Shown here: positions 54,923 through 64,000 of the stretch, piece by piece | How positions within the stretch are numbered: the first letter of the stretch is position 1 | Layout: each line of letters opens with the position of its first letter | Origin: a virus | Direction: 5' to 3' (one strand) | DNA length: 64,000 nucleotides | IMG/VR virus record: IMGVR_UViG_3300044731_001604 | Span: 32,001-96,000 of that record | Position numbers and translations under genes: made by a program | The notes under the pieces: model-generated | Told to the model about the DNA's origin: nothing | Seen by the model: the letters and a program-made list of their open reading frames with translations, nothing else | The model's database searches: none

Positions 54923-55858
54923 TTAATACGTTTTAATAACTTTATGGCCATTTTTAAGTTCAGCCGGATGAAATTTTAAATTAACATCTTTTGCTGAAAA
55001 AGAAGGTCCTAATTTAGAGAATTGGTCCCACATTTCTTTATCAACAGAGATGTGCGGCAGGAAGTGTGAGAACTTAGGTCCCATATCTTTTGCGTGTTCT
55101 CTAATTTGGTGAATTCTATTTGGTAATCCATAAACCAATAGTACATGGTGTGTTGCGCCATCTAATCCTTGTAACTTGTGTGGCATTAAGGTTATTTTGC
55201 TTGTGTCTATTGGCTTATGCAAATTATGATCATTTAAAATATTGTGAACTTGGTTTATATCGGCATTATTTCCAAATGCTTTAACTGTCATGTGAATTGG
55301 ATAGTTATTTTCTTGCCTAACAGATTTATTACCAAATGACACCGGATGGAAGAGAATGGTTGAATTGCTTATATCGGCAGGTTTAACGCTTTTTAATAGT
55401 AATTCATTGAATTCTGGATGTTCATGCAATTGTTTTGCTTTTTTTTCAAATTCTGCTTTTTTTATTTTAGCCATTCGACCTTCATTAAAGGCTTTTGCAT
55501 CAGGAGTTTGGTCGGGCGACGGTATGTAATCCTTGCCAGACAATTTCATTGCTGCGTTTACTAAAGAGGTTCCATGACCCTGCCTTCTGTGGTCTTCATG
55601 AACTTCTATGTTAATTGGCATAATTCCTGCTTTTTTATGAGTCACAGCAAGGAAGCCAATTTTGTTATTATTTTTATGAATTTTAACAATAAAATCATTT
55701 TGTTTTGGATCAAACTTTTTTGCTCCAAGCATAAACGGTTCTACAGTTATTTTTGTTTTTGATTTTTCAGATTTAGCGATTTCTTCGTTTATTTTTAAAT
55801 CTTTTAATTCGTTAATGTATTCTTGGGTATGTCTTTTAAAATTTCTCATTGGTGCCAC
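54923..55858 (-). CDS. GNAT acetyltransferase fused to 2H-phosphoesterase domain
   Basis: V.EDHRRQGHGTSL (GNAT motif A); HMTV and PHISV (paired HxT/S). Confidence 0.7.
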   Translation of the reverse strand: MAPMRNFKRHTQEYINELKDLKINEEIAKSEKSKTKITVEPFMLGAKKFDPKQNDFIVKIHKNNNKIGFLAVTHKKAGIMPINIEVHEDHRRQGHGTSLVNAAMKLSGKDYIPSPDQTPDAKAFNEGRMAKIKKAEFEKKAKQLHEHPEFNELLLKSVKPADISNSTILFHPVSFGNKSVRQENNYPIHMTVKAFGNNADINQVHNILNDHNLHKPIDTSKITLMPHKLQGLDGATHHVLLVYGLPNRIHQIREHAKDMGPKFSHFLPHISVDKEMWDQFSKLGPSFSAKDVNLKFHPAELKNGHKVIKTY

Positions 55859-58305
55859 TTTCCGTTGATAATTTCATTTGGCATAAGCCCAGCTTTTTGT
55901 TCTGCGTAAATTGTATTTGCTGGATTTGCTTTGTTATGTGCAGCATTTTTACCATAATTTACAACACTGTTTTGGCCCATTGTTTCTGAAGCCAAAGCTT
56001 TTTGAGCCAATGGAGAAAACATTTCTTTATGTGCCAAGTAGCTCGTGTGTTCACCCTTTGGACCAAACGTGCTATTAGTTAACCCATGGCCAAAAGCATC
56101 GTGGACAATTCTAAAGACATCGTTAGCTAGCATTGGCCTATTTTCGTGCATAAATTGAGTTTGCTGTAACAATGGGTGGTTTTTGCTTTGCTCATTAGAT
56201 CCATATCCTTGTTCTGTAGGATAATACCATAGATGATTGTTGACATGCAGATCATGTAGCATGTCCTTTGAGGTTTTGTATGGATTTTCTTGATTGGGTT
56301 GCATTTTAGAAATTTTAAGCCCATTATTAATTAAATGATTAAACTGCTTTCCAGTCTCATTAATTAGAGCGCCGTACGCTGCTTTAACGTCTGGATGTTC
56401 TGGATTATGTGGCATTGCTTCGTACGCCGCAGCTATTTTAGATCCATGTTCTGGATTTAAACTTACATTATAATTATGGCTTAATTTCATTCCGTTTAAG
56501 TTGGCATAATCTTCTGCCACATTTTTAATATGACTACTTGTTTTAATCAAATTAGATTTAATTAATTTTTTGAAATAACTTTTAACTTTCTTTTCCATTG
56601 GATAACCAACATCTAAAGAAAACCTTACCATTTTCCCATTTGGAAGTTTTATTTCTGAATAGTTATCATTTAGGTGAGACCCTATGACATGGCCAGACCC
56701 ACCTTCTGGTGGATTATAATCAGCATGCTTAGTAGTATGTTCTTTGTGGCTTCCAGACGTAGATTGTATATGAGCTTTTTGTTTATATTTATCTGCCAAT
56801 TCAGACGCATCTTTTGTTGATAAGTTGTGTACCATTACACTTGGCTCGGCATCTGTTCCAAACCATTTTCCACCGACTGGCGTATAACTATAACCCTTTT
56901 GATTTAGTTCATTTAAAAGATTGTTATGGTTTTGTTGCGACTGCTCAGGAGTCATTGTATTTGTATGGCCAGTTAATAAAGAGAAATTGCCATTTTTAAG
57001 ATATTTATCTACATCTTGTTCGTTTTGAAATGGACTAATTTCGGTTTTTTTTAATTCAGATTTTAAAACTTGCTCTTCATGTACTGGATGTGTATGATAT
57101 AATTGTACCACTTGCGTTTCTGGTCTCATCGACCATTTTACGCCATTATATCCATTCTGCTTTAAAAGTCCATGAAATAAATCCTCGTTCCATGCACCTT
57201 GATTGCTTTGTAAAACTTGTTGAGCGTAATTATTTGGATCTTTGTCATAATCATATACGTTTTCTGGCATCTTAACAGTATATTTAGATTTAGCATTTTG
57301 TGTGACTAAATCCTCTGGTTTTGAATCTTGGGTATAAAAAAATGATGATTTATTCTCTGGAACGCCTCTTTTGTATTGAGCGCCCTTGACACCAGATCCC
57401 ATTTTAAGTGGGTCTATTTGTTTTAGACCACTCTGTGAGCTATAATGAATTAAATTCGGATTATTCTGATTATGAGACGAGTCCTTAGCTAATGATTTTA
57501 AGGATTTGTATCCTTTTTCTGAAGCTGCTAATTTTTCTGTCTTATTGGTGGTTTTAAGGCCCTGACTTGCAGCCTTTTTAATATCGCTATCAGAATGTTT
57601 TTCCCAATAGCTGGCGTGTTGCCAAAGGTCCCATTTACCGCCATGGCCAACTTTATTAAATTCTTTTTCTCCAACATCATCATGTTTAACTTTGATTTTG
57701 TGCTTTGTCTTATCTTCAGTTTTTGTCGCCGTTACAACCCCAGTCTTTGGAATACTTCCAGGTAGTGCGGATTTCTCTTTTACTTTATCGCCTGCTTTAA
57801 ATGGATGAGGAGTTTTTACTTTTTTTTCTTCTGATTTAGTAATTGTAGGAGGCAGAGAATGCTCTTCTTCTTTTGGACCTTCTACAGAACCATCTGGGTC
57901 TGGTGGTCTAGAGCCACTTTTTTGCCAATCAATAAGTATATTATTGGTAGGAAACTTCATTGAATCGTGGTTATTTGGGTCTAGAAATTTATGCGACACA
58001 AATTCTTGATCTGGATCTTTTGATGCGTCAAACTTATAATCTTTTGGGCAAATTCCGTGAAAAAGAGTTACGTAAGAGTCGCCGTATTCGCCCTCATGAA
58101 CCTTATCAAGTTTAATGCCAGACAGTCCTGCCTCTTCTTCAAGTTCTCTATGTGCCGCTTCTAGTGGAGTCTCTCCGTCATTAGAATGGCCACCTGGCAA
58201 AGTCCAAGTAGATTCTTTTCTATCTAGACCGTGCATATAAAGATTTGGAGCATCTGGGTGCTGTAAAGCTATAACTGAGACTTTTTTATGATATTGATCA
58301 CTCAT
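55846..58305 (-). CDS. NUDIX hydrolase-led multi-domain protein
   Basis: Nudix box GGHSNDGETPLEAAHRELEEEAGL; several further globular segments. Confidence 0.75.
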   Translation of the reverse strand: MSDQYHKKVSVIALQHPDAPNLYMHGLDRKESTWTLPGGHSNDGETPLEAAHRELEEEAGLSGIKLDKVHEGEYGDSYVTLFHGICPKDYKFDASKDPDQEFVSHKFLDPNNHDSMKFPTNNILIDWQKSGSRPPDPDGSVEGPKEEEHSLPPTITKSEEKKVKTPHPFKAGDKVKEKSALPGSIPKTGVVTATKTEDKTKHKIKVKHDDVGEKEFNKVGHGGKWDLWQHASYWEKHSDSDIKKAASQGLKTTNKTEKLAASEKGYKSLKSLAKDSSHNQNNPNLIHYSSQSGLKQIDPLKMGSGVKGAQYKRGVPENKSSFFYTQDSKPEDLVTQNAKSKYTVKMPENVYDYDKDPNNYAQQVLQSNQGAWNEDLFHGLLKQNGYNGVKWSMRPETQVVQLYHTHPVHEEQVLKSELKKTEISPFQNEQDVDKYLKNGNFSLLTGHTNTMTPEQSQQNHNNLLNELNQKGYSYTPVGGKWFGTDAEPSVMVHNLSTKDASELADKYKQKAHIQSTSGSHKEHTTKHADYNPPEGGSGHVIGSHLNDNYSEIKLPNGKMVRFSLDVGYPMEKKVKSYFKKLIKSNLIKTSSHIKNVAEDYANLNGMKLSHNYNVSLNPEHGSKIAAAYEAMPHNPEHPDVKAAYGALINETGKQFNHLINNGLKISKMQPNQENPYKTSKDMLHDLHVNNHLWYYPTEQGYGSNEQSKNHPLLQQTQFMHENRPMLANDVFRIVHDAFGHGLTNSTFGPKGEHTSYLAHKEMFSPLAQKALASETMGQNSVVNYGKNAAHNKANPANTIYAEQKAGLMPNEIINGKWHQ

Positions 58306-58847
58306 ATCTTGCTACCCTTTGATAAATTATCCTTAGAAGATAGAATTTGTAAATTCCACGGAACGTGTAATCCACATCCTATATGATCACCATTTTCGTT
58401 TTTAAGAGTGAGTGGATATATATGGTCAACATGAAAAACAGTATCAGATTTACTTAATTCATTGGCAGTTTTATAATACCCTTTAATATGTTTTTTTTGA
58501 ACTTTATTTAGCCATATAGGGGTGGCTATTTTAAATCTTTTCTTTCTTATTCTAACATCTACTCGGAACTGTCCTCTTCTTGAGGCGTTTGCCTTTTCTC
58601 TTTGTTTCTTAGCCCACTCTGGATTTTTTTCTTTATACAGCCTATTGTTTTTTAAAATACTATTATAATTTTTTTCTCTGTATAATTTAGAAAAAGCTTT
58701 TCTTATTTCTATAGATTTCTCTCTATTCTTAATAACCCATTTTAGTCTAGAAATATTTCTATTTTCTGCAAAGCATGCGTCACAGAACATTTTGTGTGTT
58801 CCTTTAGACTTTGAAAATTTAAAACATTTATTACACAGTATAGTCAT
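58302..58847 (-). CDS. HNH endonuclease (probable homing endonuclease)
   Basis: HVDHIYPL...CGLHVPWNLQIL...N..K; N-terminal CxxC pairs, basic linker. Confidence 0.88.
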   Translation of the reverse strand: MTILCNKCFKFSKSKGTHKMFCDACFAENRNISRLKWVIKNREKSIEIRKAFSKLYREKNYNSILKNNRLYKEKNPEWAKKQREKANASRRGQFRVDVRIRKKRFKIATPIWLNKVQKKHIKGYYKTANELSKSDTVFHVDHIYPLTLKNENGDHIGCGLHVPWNLQILSSKDNLSKGSKI

Positions 58848-58849
58848 AT

Positions 58850-59809
58850 CTAATCTTTTTCTGTTTTCCAGCCTTGTTTTTGAGCAAGGCTTTGGTATGC
58901 TTCTGGTGTTCTAGGTCCATCAATTATTTTTACGCCGCCAGTAACTTTTCCTAGTTTAGGAGCAGCATATCTAATAAATGTGGCTTCAACTACACATTCA
59001 AGTTGGGCCATACAAGTAAAAATTAATTCAATACCATCAAATGACGGATTAACATCAACCGAACCTACAGAAAAAGTACTAAGCTCTAATCCGCGTCTCT
59101 CTAAGTATGCTTCTTTGTATCTTAAAAATATATATTGTATTATTTGTCTAAGCCATAAAACTTGTTGAGTGTCACTTTGTGCGTGAAGTCCTATAGAAAA
59201 AGTTTCATGAAGGTAAGTTACCCCTTGCTCTAAATTCCACAAAGATAATGCAGGTACGATATAGCAATTAGTGAAATCGTCATTTGTATTATCTGCTATT
59301 TTAAAAGTTGTATCGTCTATAACTTTTTCTATTACATATGCTTTTGATGATTTTTTAGAAACCAAGAATTGGCCTGGAGAAACAGCAAACGTAGTTAATC
59401 CAGTTGGCAATGAAACTTCGCCAATTGATTTGTTATATGCTTTAGGAGTGAATTGATCAATTACATTAACAATTTGTCTATTAATTGACTGTGGCTCAAT
59501 CTCTTCAGTATAAATTTGATCATCTGCCAATGAGGTTCTATCTAATGCTTCTCTAGATGATGTTCTAACTACTGTGATACATGGCATTTTAGGGGTGTCG
59601 ACTCTATTATTGAAATAGACTGGAATTGATGTTTCCATAAACCAAGATTTAGCAGCATATACTTCAGCATAGCCAGAATCTTTTGATGTTAGCGGATCGT
59701 TTGCAAGACCTGCAAAAATATCCTCTAATATCCAGCTGTTAGACCTTAAATCGGCTAATGCTGCCTCTATTGCTGATTTTACTGCTAGATCTGAAGCTAA
59801 AATGCCCAT
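58850..59809 (-). CDS. Putative neck / tail-completion protein
   Basis: Upstream of sheath region; PCITVV and TFSIGLHA strands. Confidence 0.5.
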   Translation of the reverse strand: MGILASDLAVKSAIEAALADLRSNSWILEDIFAGLANDPLTSKDSGYAEVYAAKSWFMETSIPVYFNNRVDTPKMPCITVVRTSSREALDRTSLADDQIYTEEIEPQSINRQIVNVIDQFTPKAYNKSIGEVSLPTGLTTFAVSPGQFLVSKKSSKAYVIEKVIDDTTFKIADNTNDDFTNCYIVPALSLWNLEQGVTYLHETFSIGLHAQSDTQQVLWLRQIIQYIFLRYKEAYLERRGLELSTFSVGSVDVNPSFDGIELIFTCMAQLECVVEATFIRYAAPKLGKVTGGVKIIDGPRTPEAYQSLAQKQGWKTEKD

Positions 59810-59831
59810 TGTTTACGTCTCCACCTAAACT

Positions 59832-59840
59832 AAGATTAAG
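59832..59840 (-). promoter_or_regulatory. Late-promoter-like motif variant CTTAATCTT
   Basis: Intergenic, upstream of 59809. Confidence 0.55.
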
Positions 59841-59858
59841 ATTTTATATAACACTTAT

Positions 59859-59887
59859 ATTATAGCAGGTTTTTAGCTTCTTGACAA
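59859..59887 (-). promoter_or_regulatory. sigma70-type promoter
   Basis: TTGTCA-17 nt-TATAAT. Confidence 0.6.
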
Positions 59888-60769
59888 TTCGTTTTCTATT
59901 TCTTTTACCATTTTTTCAAATCGTTGATTTGCAAAATCATATGCATCATCAAAGAGCTTAGCGCCGTCTACTTTAGGGTACATCCACCTAAAGCCCCTGT
60001 GCTTCTCCGAAATAACTCTAAATACCACCGTTTCTTTTACTGGGTTGCCTTCTTTGTTCAATTTTTGAGTTATAACCAAACCTTTTAGTTTGTATATACC
60101 AGAATGTTGACCTAAGCCTGTTGCCATAGCTTCTTCAAATCCTCTTGGTTTGGAATATAAGCTAGGTGCTTGCTGTTGAGTAAATTTAGGTTTAATGTTT
60201 AATTTATGTATTACACCAATTTTTGGGTTTCCATTATCATCGAGTACTGTTTCATGTAAATCAATATTAGATTTTTCCAAGGCTTTTTTAACAACTTCAG
60301 CAAGTCCAGGACTTGCTCCTGGCGCTGTTTTTTTACCTCTAGTTTGAACAAATGGTATAACTGCGTATTTACTACCATCTTTTGCAGTTTTAGCCGATTT
60401 TCCAGTGAGAAGCCAATCCATAAATCTTGATTCTGCTCCTGTTTCTAACCATTGCGCTTTTGGATCTAAATCTACTACCCACAATCCTCTGGTTATCTCT
60501 GTCCATACTAAAAATTTTGTACGTCTATCTATCATTGGGTGTGGCGTACCTTTTACGGTTGCGCCTTTTCCAAATTTTCCGAGTCCTAGGTACATTTGTC
60601 TTTTTACTTCATCACGTGCAAAATATTCATTTGCCGCATTTAGAATAAATTCATGTGTTTGAAGTGAGATATTTTTAATTCCTTCTACTACTCTATTTTG
60701 AATTAAATCTCTAGTAGTTTTTAGCTTTTCTGCTAATTCTGATATATCTACTTGTATTCTAAAGCCCAT
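59873..60769 (-). CDS. Putative neck / head-tail joining protein
   Basis: Context; A.WLE.G, AK.AKDG.KY.VIPF, FR.IS...W.YP. Confidence 0.5.
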   Translation of the reverse strand: MGFRIQVDISELAEKLKTTRDLIQNRVVEGIKNISLQTHEFILNAANEYFARDEVKRQMYLGLGKFGKGATVKGTPHPMIDRRTKFLVWTEITRGLWVVDLDPKAQWLETGAESRFMDWLLTGKSAKTAKDGSKYAVIPFVQTRGKKTAPGASPGLAEVVKKALEKSNIDLHETVLDDNGNPKIGVIHKLNIKPKFTQQQAPSLYSKPRGFEEAMATGLGQHSGIYKLKGLVITQKLNKEGNPVKETVVFRVISEKHRGFRWMYPKVDGAKLFDDAYDFANQRFEKMVKEIENELSRS

Positions 60770-60770
60770 G

Positions 60771-61940
60771 CTATTTCTTTTCAGCTACAGTACCAATTTT
60801 GCCATCGTCTGCTGCTGCATTGTGGGAAACTACAGAAATAGCTTGCCCAGTAGTTGGATCTGCAACTTGTCCGGAAGCAACTGATCTCCAAACGGCTTTA
60901 CCATTTATGACCACTTTTTTCTTCCTTCCTTTAACAGACCCTGGAGGTAATTTTAATCTTAACGCTTTATTAAGCTCATCTGTTAAGATCTCTCCCTTTT
61001 TAATTCTATCTTTCTTTGCCATATCTAAAAGCTTGTGAACTAATGACATAGATTGTTTAAATGCAGCTGGGTCTTTAGTTTTAAGATCCATTATTTGTGG
61101 CAATTTTTGTTGAATATTATCTAAGAGTTTTCCAATTTTATTATTAGAATCATCTTCTTTATCTTCTTCAGGTTTTTTTTCTTCAGATTCTTTTTTAGGC
61201 GCAGCTTCTTTTTGTTCCTCTTTGTCCTGTTCTTTTTGGTCAATATGAGAAACAGGTTTATCTGTTTTCTTTTGATCGCCAGACATCGCTTCTAATAAGC
61301 TGCCAGGTTGTTGTTGAGCTTGTTGTTGCATTTGCTGTTGAGCTTGTTGTTGCATTTGTTGGGCAGGTCCCATTAACTGTTGCAATACACCATTTACTAT
61401 TTGAGAATCAGCTTGGATTGATTGATTAATATCTAAACCTGGTACGTAATTCCCAAAATCTTTTTTATCTTTTGTTGGTTTTGGAGGCTCTGGATTAGTT
61501 CTATCAGATAGATTTGGTTGGAAAATTTCTTCGCCTATCTCAATAGATTTCTTCATTTCTTTAATAAAAGAATCTTCAGGATCAAACAGCTCAATTTGAT
61601 TTGTTAAAACAGATTTTTTTGCTGCCATTACTGCTTCATTTGGCGTTAATCCCATGCCAACTGACATTTTAGTAGTGAACACATCTTTGTATCCAGCTAG
61701 TATTAATGGTAATTCTTCTGCCACGGTTACTGGCATTTCTAAAACTTGTCTAGAATACGTTGTAAGACGTACTGTTCCGCCACGCTCAGATATAAGAGAG
61801 TTAATTTTGTCTGATATTGCAAATAACTGATCATTTAAGCTTGTTGCTTCAAAAAACATTCCAGCGTCAATCATTTCATTGATTTTATCTTGAACACCAT
61901 CAGAATTTACTACACACCATACAGAACTTTGAGTACTCAC
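60771..61940 (-). CDS. Protein with degenerate mCpol/GGDEF-like N-terminal domain and Q/K/E-rich tail
   Basis: ERGGTV...Y......MSVGMG....EA..A.K pattern; catalytic DGD and GGDE motifs replaced. Confidence 0.55.
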   Translation of the reverse strand: MSTQSSVWCVVNSDGVQDKINEMIDAGMFFEATSLNDQLFAISDKINSLISERGGTVRLTTYSRQVLEMPVTVAEELPLILAGYKDVFTTKMSVGMGLTPNEAVMAAKKSVLTNQIELFDPEDSFIKEMKKSIEIGEEIFQPNLSDRTNPEPPKPTKDKKDFGNYVPGLDINQSIQADSQIVNGVLQQLMGPAQQMQQQAQQQMQQQAQQQPGSLLEAMSGDQKKTDKPVSHIDQKEQDKEEQKEAAPKKESEEKKPEEDKEDDSNNKIGKLLDNIQQKLPQIMDLKTKDPAAFKQSMSLVHKLLDMAKKDRIKKGEILTDELNKALRLKLPPGSVKGRKKKVVINGKAVWRSVASGQVADPTTGQAISVVSHNAAADDGKIGTVAEKK

Positions 61941-61954
61941 TTTACACCTCGATA

Positions 61955-63535
61955 TTAAATACCACGTTTTTTGAGTAACAATTTAGTTTTTAGTGTTAGA
62001 AGAAATAACTTAACTGTTTCTGGATCTGCGTCTGGAGCAAATTGCAAAGAAAAGGTTCCATCGTTTTTTTGAATTGCTTCTACGAATTTATACGGTTGAC
62101 CTTTTTCGTTTTTGTTTAAAACTTTAAAGCAAGCACATGGTGTAAATTTTGGTTTGCCTGACTCGTCTTTAGAGAATTCAGGTCTTCCACAATCAAAGCA
62201 AGTTGATTTAAATAATTCTTGACTTGTTGCAACTGCTTTTATTGATTTAGAAATCGAAGATTTATTTAATTTTTTTCTAAAGTATCCTTCAGATTTCATT
62301 GCTGGCATTTTAGGGCCTTGTGGTTTAGGAATACTAGGCACAGCAACTTTTCCTTGTCCAGATGCTTGAGCTTGTTTTGCTGCGGCAGCTTGAGGATTTT
62401 TGCTTTGTGGAACTGGTGGTAGTGGTTTTCCAGGTTGAACCGGTTGACCTGCGCCTCTTGGCATTTCACCCTTACCGATCTCTTCTTTTGAAACTTTTTC
62501 AGGAAGATCCTTCCCTTTTGATTCTTTATCCCAATGCTTTACTTTTTCCTTGCCACCTAAAGCTTTTGTTCCAGCTTCAGTATGAGCCCAACGTCTTTGA
62601 GCATCAGAAGCGTAAGGCTTCATTAGTGGCTCTACTTTTTTAGCGGTTGGTTTAGGGAAAGGTAGGACTTTTTTAGATTCTTTTAAAGACTCTTTGCTCA
62701 ATCCTTGGTTTTCTTTTTCCATTTTATTATCATTTGGAGATGGATATTTTTTAATCTCTGGGATTTCTTGATCTACAGAATCTGTTGTTTTAATTTTATC
62801 CATTTCTTTTTGAGACGCACCTTCTGAAATTATCGCAGGATTATTCTCTTTGTCTTTGATATCTTCTTTTTGTTTTTCTTCTGGGGTTGTAGCTTTTTCA
62901 GGAAAAGACTTGTCCCCATCGACTTCTTTTATAGCCATTTTGTCCAACTCTTCTTCTAATTTGTCGGTTTTAAGTTTTTTACCGATTAAAGCATCAACTA
63001 ATTTACCAATAACGCTTGTTAATTCTTTTGTTGTTTCATGAGCAATTTGCATCTTAGAGGTATCTACATCTTGTTTTTCTGGTATAACCATAGATAGCAT
63101 ATGCTTAATTGCTGAAAAATCTTGTTTTGGCTCTTCTTTTTGCTCAATAGCATTGGTTTTTAAATCGCCTTCATACATCTCGCCAATTGACATGAGATGT
63201 CCAACAATTGCAGGAATTCCTTGCTTATCAAAAGTATGTATTATTTTTCCACCTTGAACAAATTCAGCTCTGAAAACATCCATATCCTGTCTTTCAAAGT
63301 GGATAGTGATTCCTTCGTCGCCTGGGAATTTTACATCTTTATATTCACCAATTTTCATTGGCTTTACAGTTTGAACTACCCAACTTACTAAAGCACGTGG
63401 TGCTACCATTAAAGGTAAGTACATTTCAAGTGGGTCAGAAACAGATCTAGATCTTTGGTGAAAAATAGCCTTTTCGAGAGTTTCAAACCCTCGCTCACCG
63501 ACTAAATCTGTCAAAAACGGCTTGATAGTTTTCAT
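61955..63535 (-). CDS. Modular K/E/P-rich protein with C-terminal Cys cluster
   Basis: PYASDAQRRWAH...W..E.KG..LPEKV mini-module; CFDC...CAC. Confidence 0.65.
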   Translation of the reverse strand: MKTIKPFLTDLVGERGFETLEKAIFHQRSRSVSDPLEMYLPLMVAPRALVSWVVQTVKPMKIGEYKDVKFPGDEGITIHFERQDMDVFRAEFVQGGKIIHTFDKQGIPAIVGHLMSIGEMYEGDLKTNAIEQKEEPKQDFSAIKHMLSMVIPEKQDVDTSKMQIAHETTKELTSVIGKLVDALIGKKLKTDKLEEELDKMAIKEVDGDKSFPEKATTPEEKQKEDIKDKENNPAIISEGASQKEMDKIKTTDSVDQEIPEIKKYPSPNDNKMEKENQGLSKESLKESKKVLPFPKPTAKKVEPLMKPYASDAQRRWAHTEAGTKALGGKEKVKHWDKESKGKDLPEKVSKEEIGKGEMPRGAGQPVQPGKPLPPVPQSKNPQAAAAKQAQASGQGKVAVPSIPKPQGPKMPAMKSEGYFRKKLNKSSISKSIKAVATSQELFKSTCFDCGRPEFSKDESGKPKFTPCACFKVLNKNEKGQPYKFVEAIQKNDGTFSLQFAPDADPETVKLFLLTLKTKLLLKKRGI

Positions 63536-63538
63536 GTA

Positions 63539-63937
63539 TTAGTTATTGATTCCAGAATTTGGATTGTAATTTAAGTCGCCTTTAATTTCGTATCCAAAAC
63601 AAGTTGCTGTAGAAGAAATAATATGAGTATCGGTACCCATAGCAATAACTGTATAGCTATTTGGTGGCAAGCAGATACCATCTGCACCGCCAGTTGGAGC
63701 TGTAACGCCAGAAGTTCCAGTTTTAACAAATGCAGTTAACGTACTGTTGTTATAAATAGCAACATTGGCACCTGCCACTGAGATGCTTTTGGCAGTATTT
63801 AAAGCGCCCATAATGGTCACTTTGCCTAAAGTTGGGCCAACAGTTACTAGTCCACCTGCGTATTGGTTAAATGAATAGTCTGTTGAGTCTGCACCAGAGT
63901 ATCTGTTTTCGCTAGCTTTTGATCTTAAATTTCCCAT
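63539..63937 (-). CDS. Small virion-module protein
   Basis: GAGG RBS, late motif upstream, beta-rich. Confidence 0.6.
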   Translation of the reverse strand: MGNLRSKASENRYSGADSTDYSFNQYAGGLVTVGPTLGKVTIMGALNTAKSISVAGANVAIYNNSTLTAFVKTGTSGVTAPTGGADGICLPPNSYTVIAMGTDTHIISSTATCFGYEIKGDLNYNPNSGINN

Positions 63938-63959
63938 TATTAACCTCTTTTACTATTTA

Positions 63960-63968
63960 AAGATTAGG
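63960..63968 (-). promoter_or_regulatory. Late-promoter-like motif CCTAATCTT
   Basis: Upstream of 63937. Confidence 0.7.
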
Positions 63969-64000
63969 GTGTTACAGCATTCCTGCCGGTCCGGATTTAT

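Noticed and set aside
8787-63391. Many 60-150 aa track ORFs antisense to or inside long structural genes (e.g. 20362..20751, 27602..28063, 52045..52425)
   Set aside because: Shadow ORFs without RBS or protein-like composition; only 52124..52363 was kept
1-64000. tRNA, rRNA or integron attC sites
   Set aside because: No cloverleaf or rRNA-like stretch seen by eye, and array genes overlap, leaving no room for attC sites; a tRNAscan/Infernal run would be needed to be certain

Overview
64 kb of a large, AT-rich, contractile-tailed (myovirus-type) bacteriophage using the standard genetic code. The minus strand carries a long virion module: putative head-associated/internal proteins, neck, tail sheath and tube, tail chaperones, tape measure, hub, spike, a giant baseplate J and tail-fibre/collar genes. 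Most of its transcription units are preceded by a CCTAATCT(T/A) late-promoter-like motif. The module is interrupted by islands of small genes under sigma70-type promoters. The most unusual feature is a family of about 45-47 paralogous 56-82 aa genes that mostly begin M-x-K-R-x-Q-[IL] and have a hydrophobic residue roughly every 4 aa. 31 of them form one translationally coupled array (2866-8794). One member (4753-5001) is still a near-perfect 12-bp tandem repeat and sits between 33-bp direct repeats, as if newly inserted. Ten more flank a divergent locus encoding a MoxR-like AAA+ ATPase, a VWA/metallopeptidase protein and a DUF6745-like protein. A second notable region (50-63.5 kb) encodes modular proteins (NUDIX, GNAT plus 2H-phosphoesterase, degenerate mCpol, HExxH domains) joined by recurrent YFKxx[LI]xKS / LxK[SA] linkers. 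All family assignments are by eye from motifs; no database search was run. No tRNA, rRNA, CRISPR array, reverse transcriptase, major capsid, portal or terminase was recognised.
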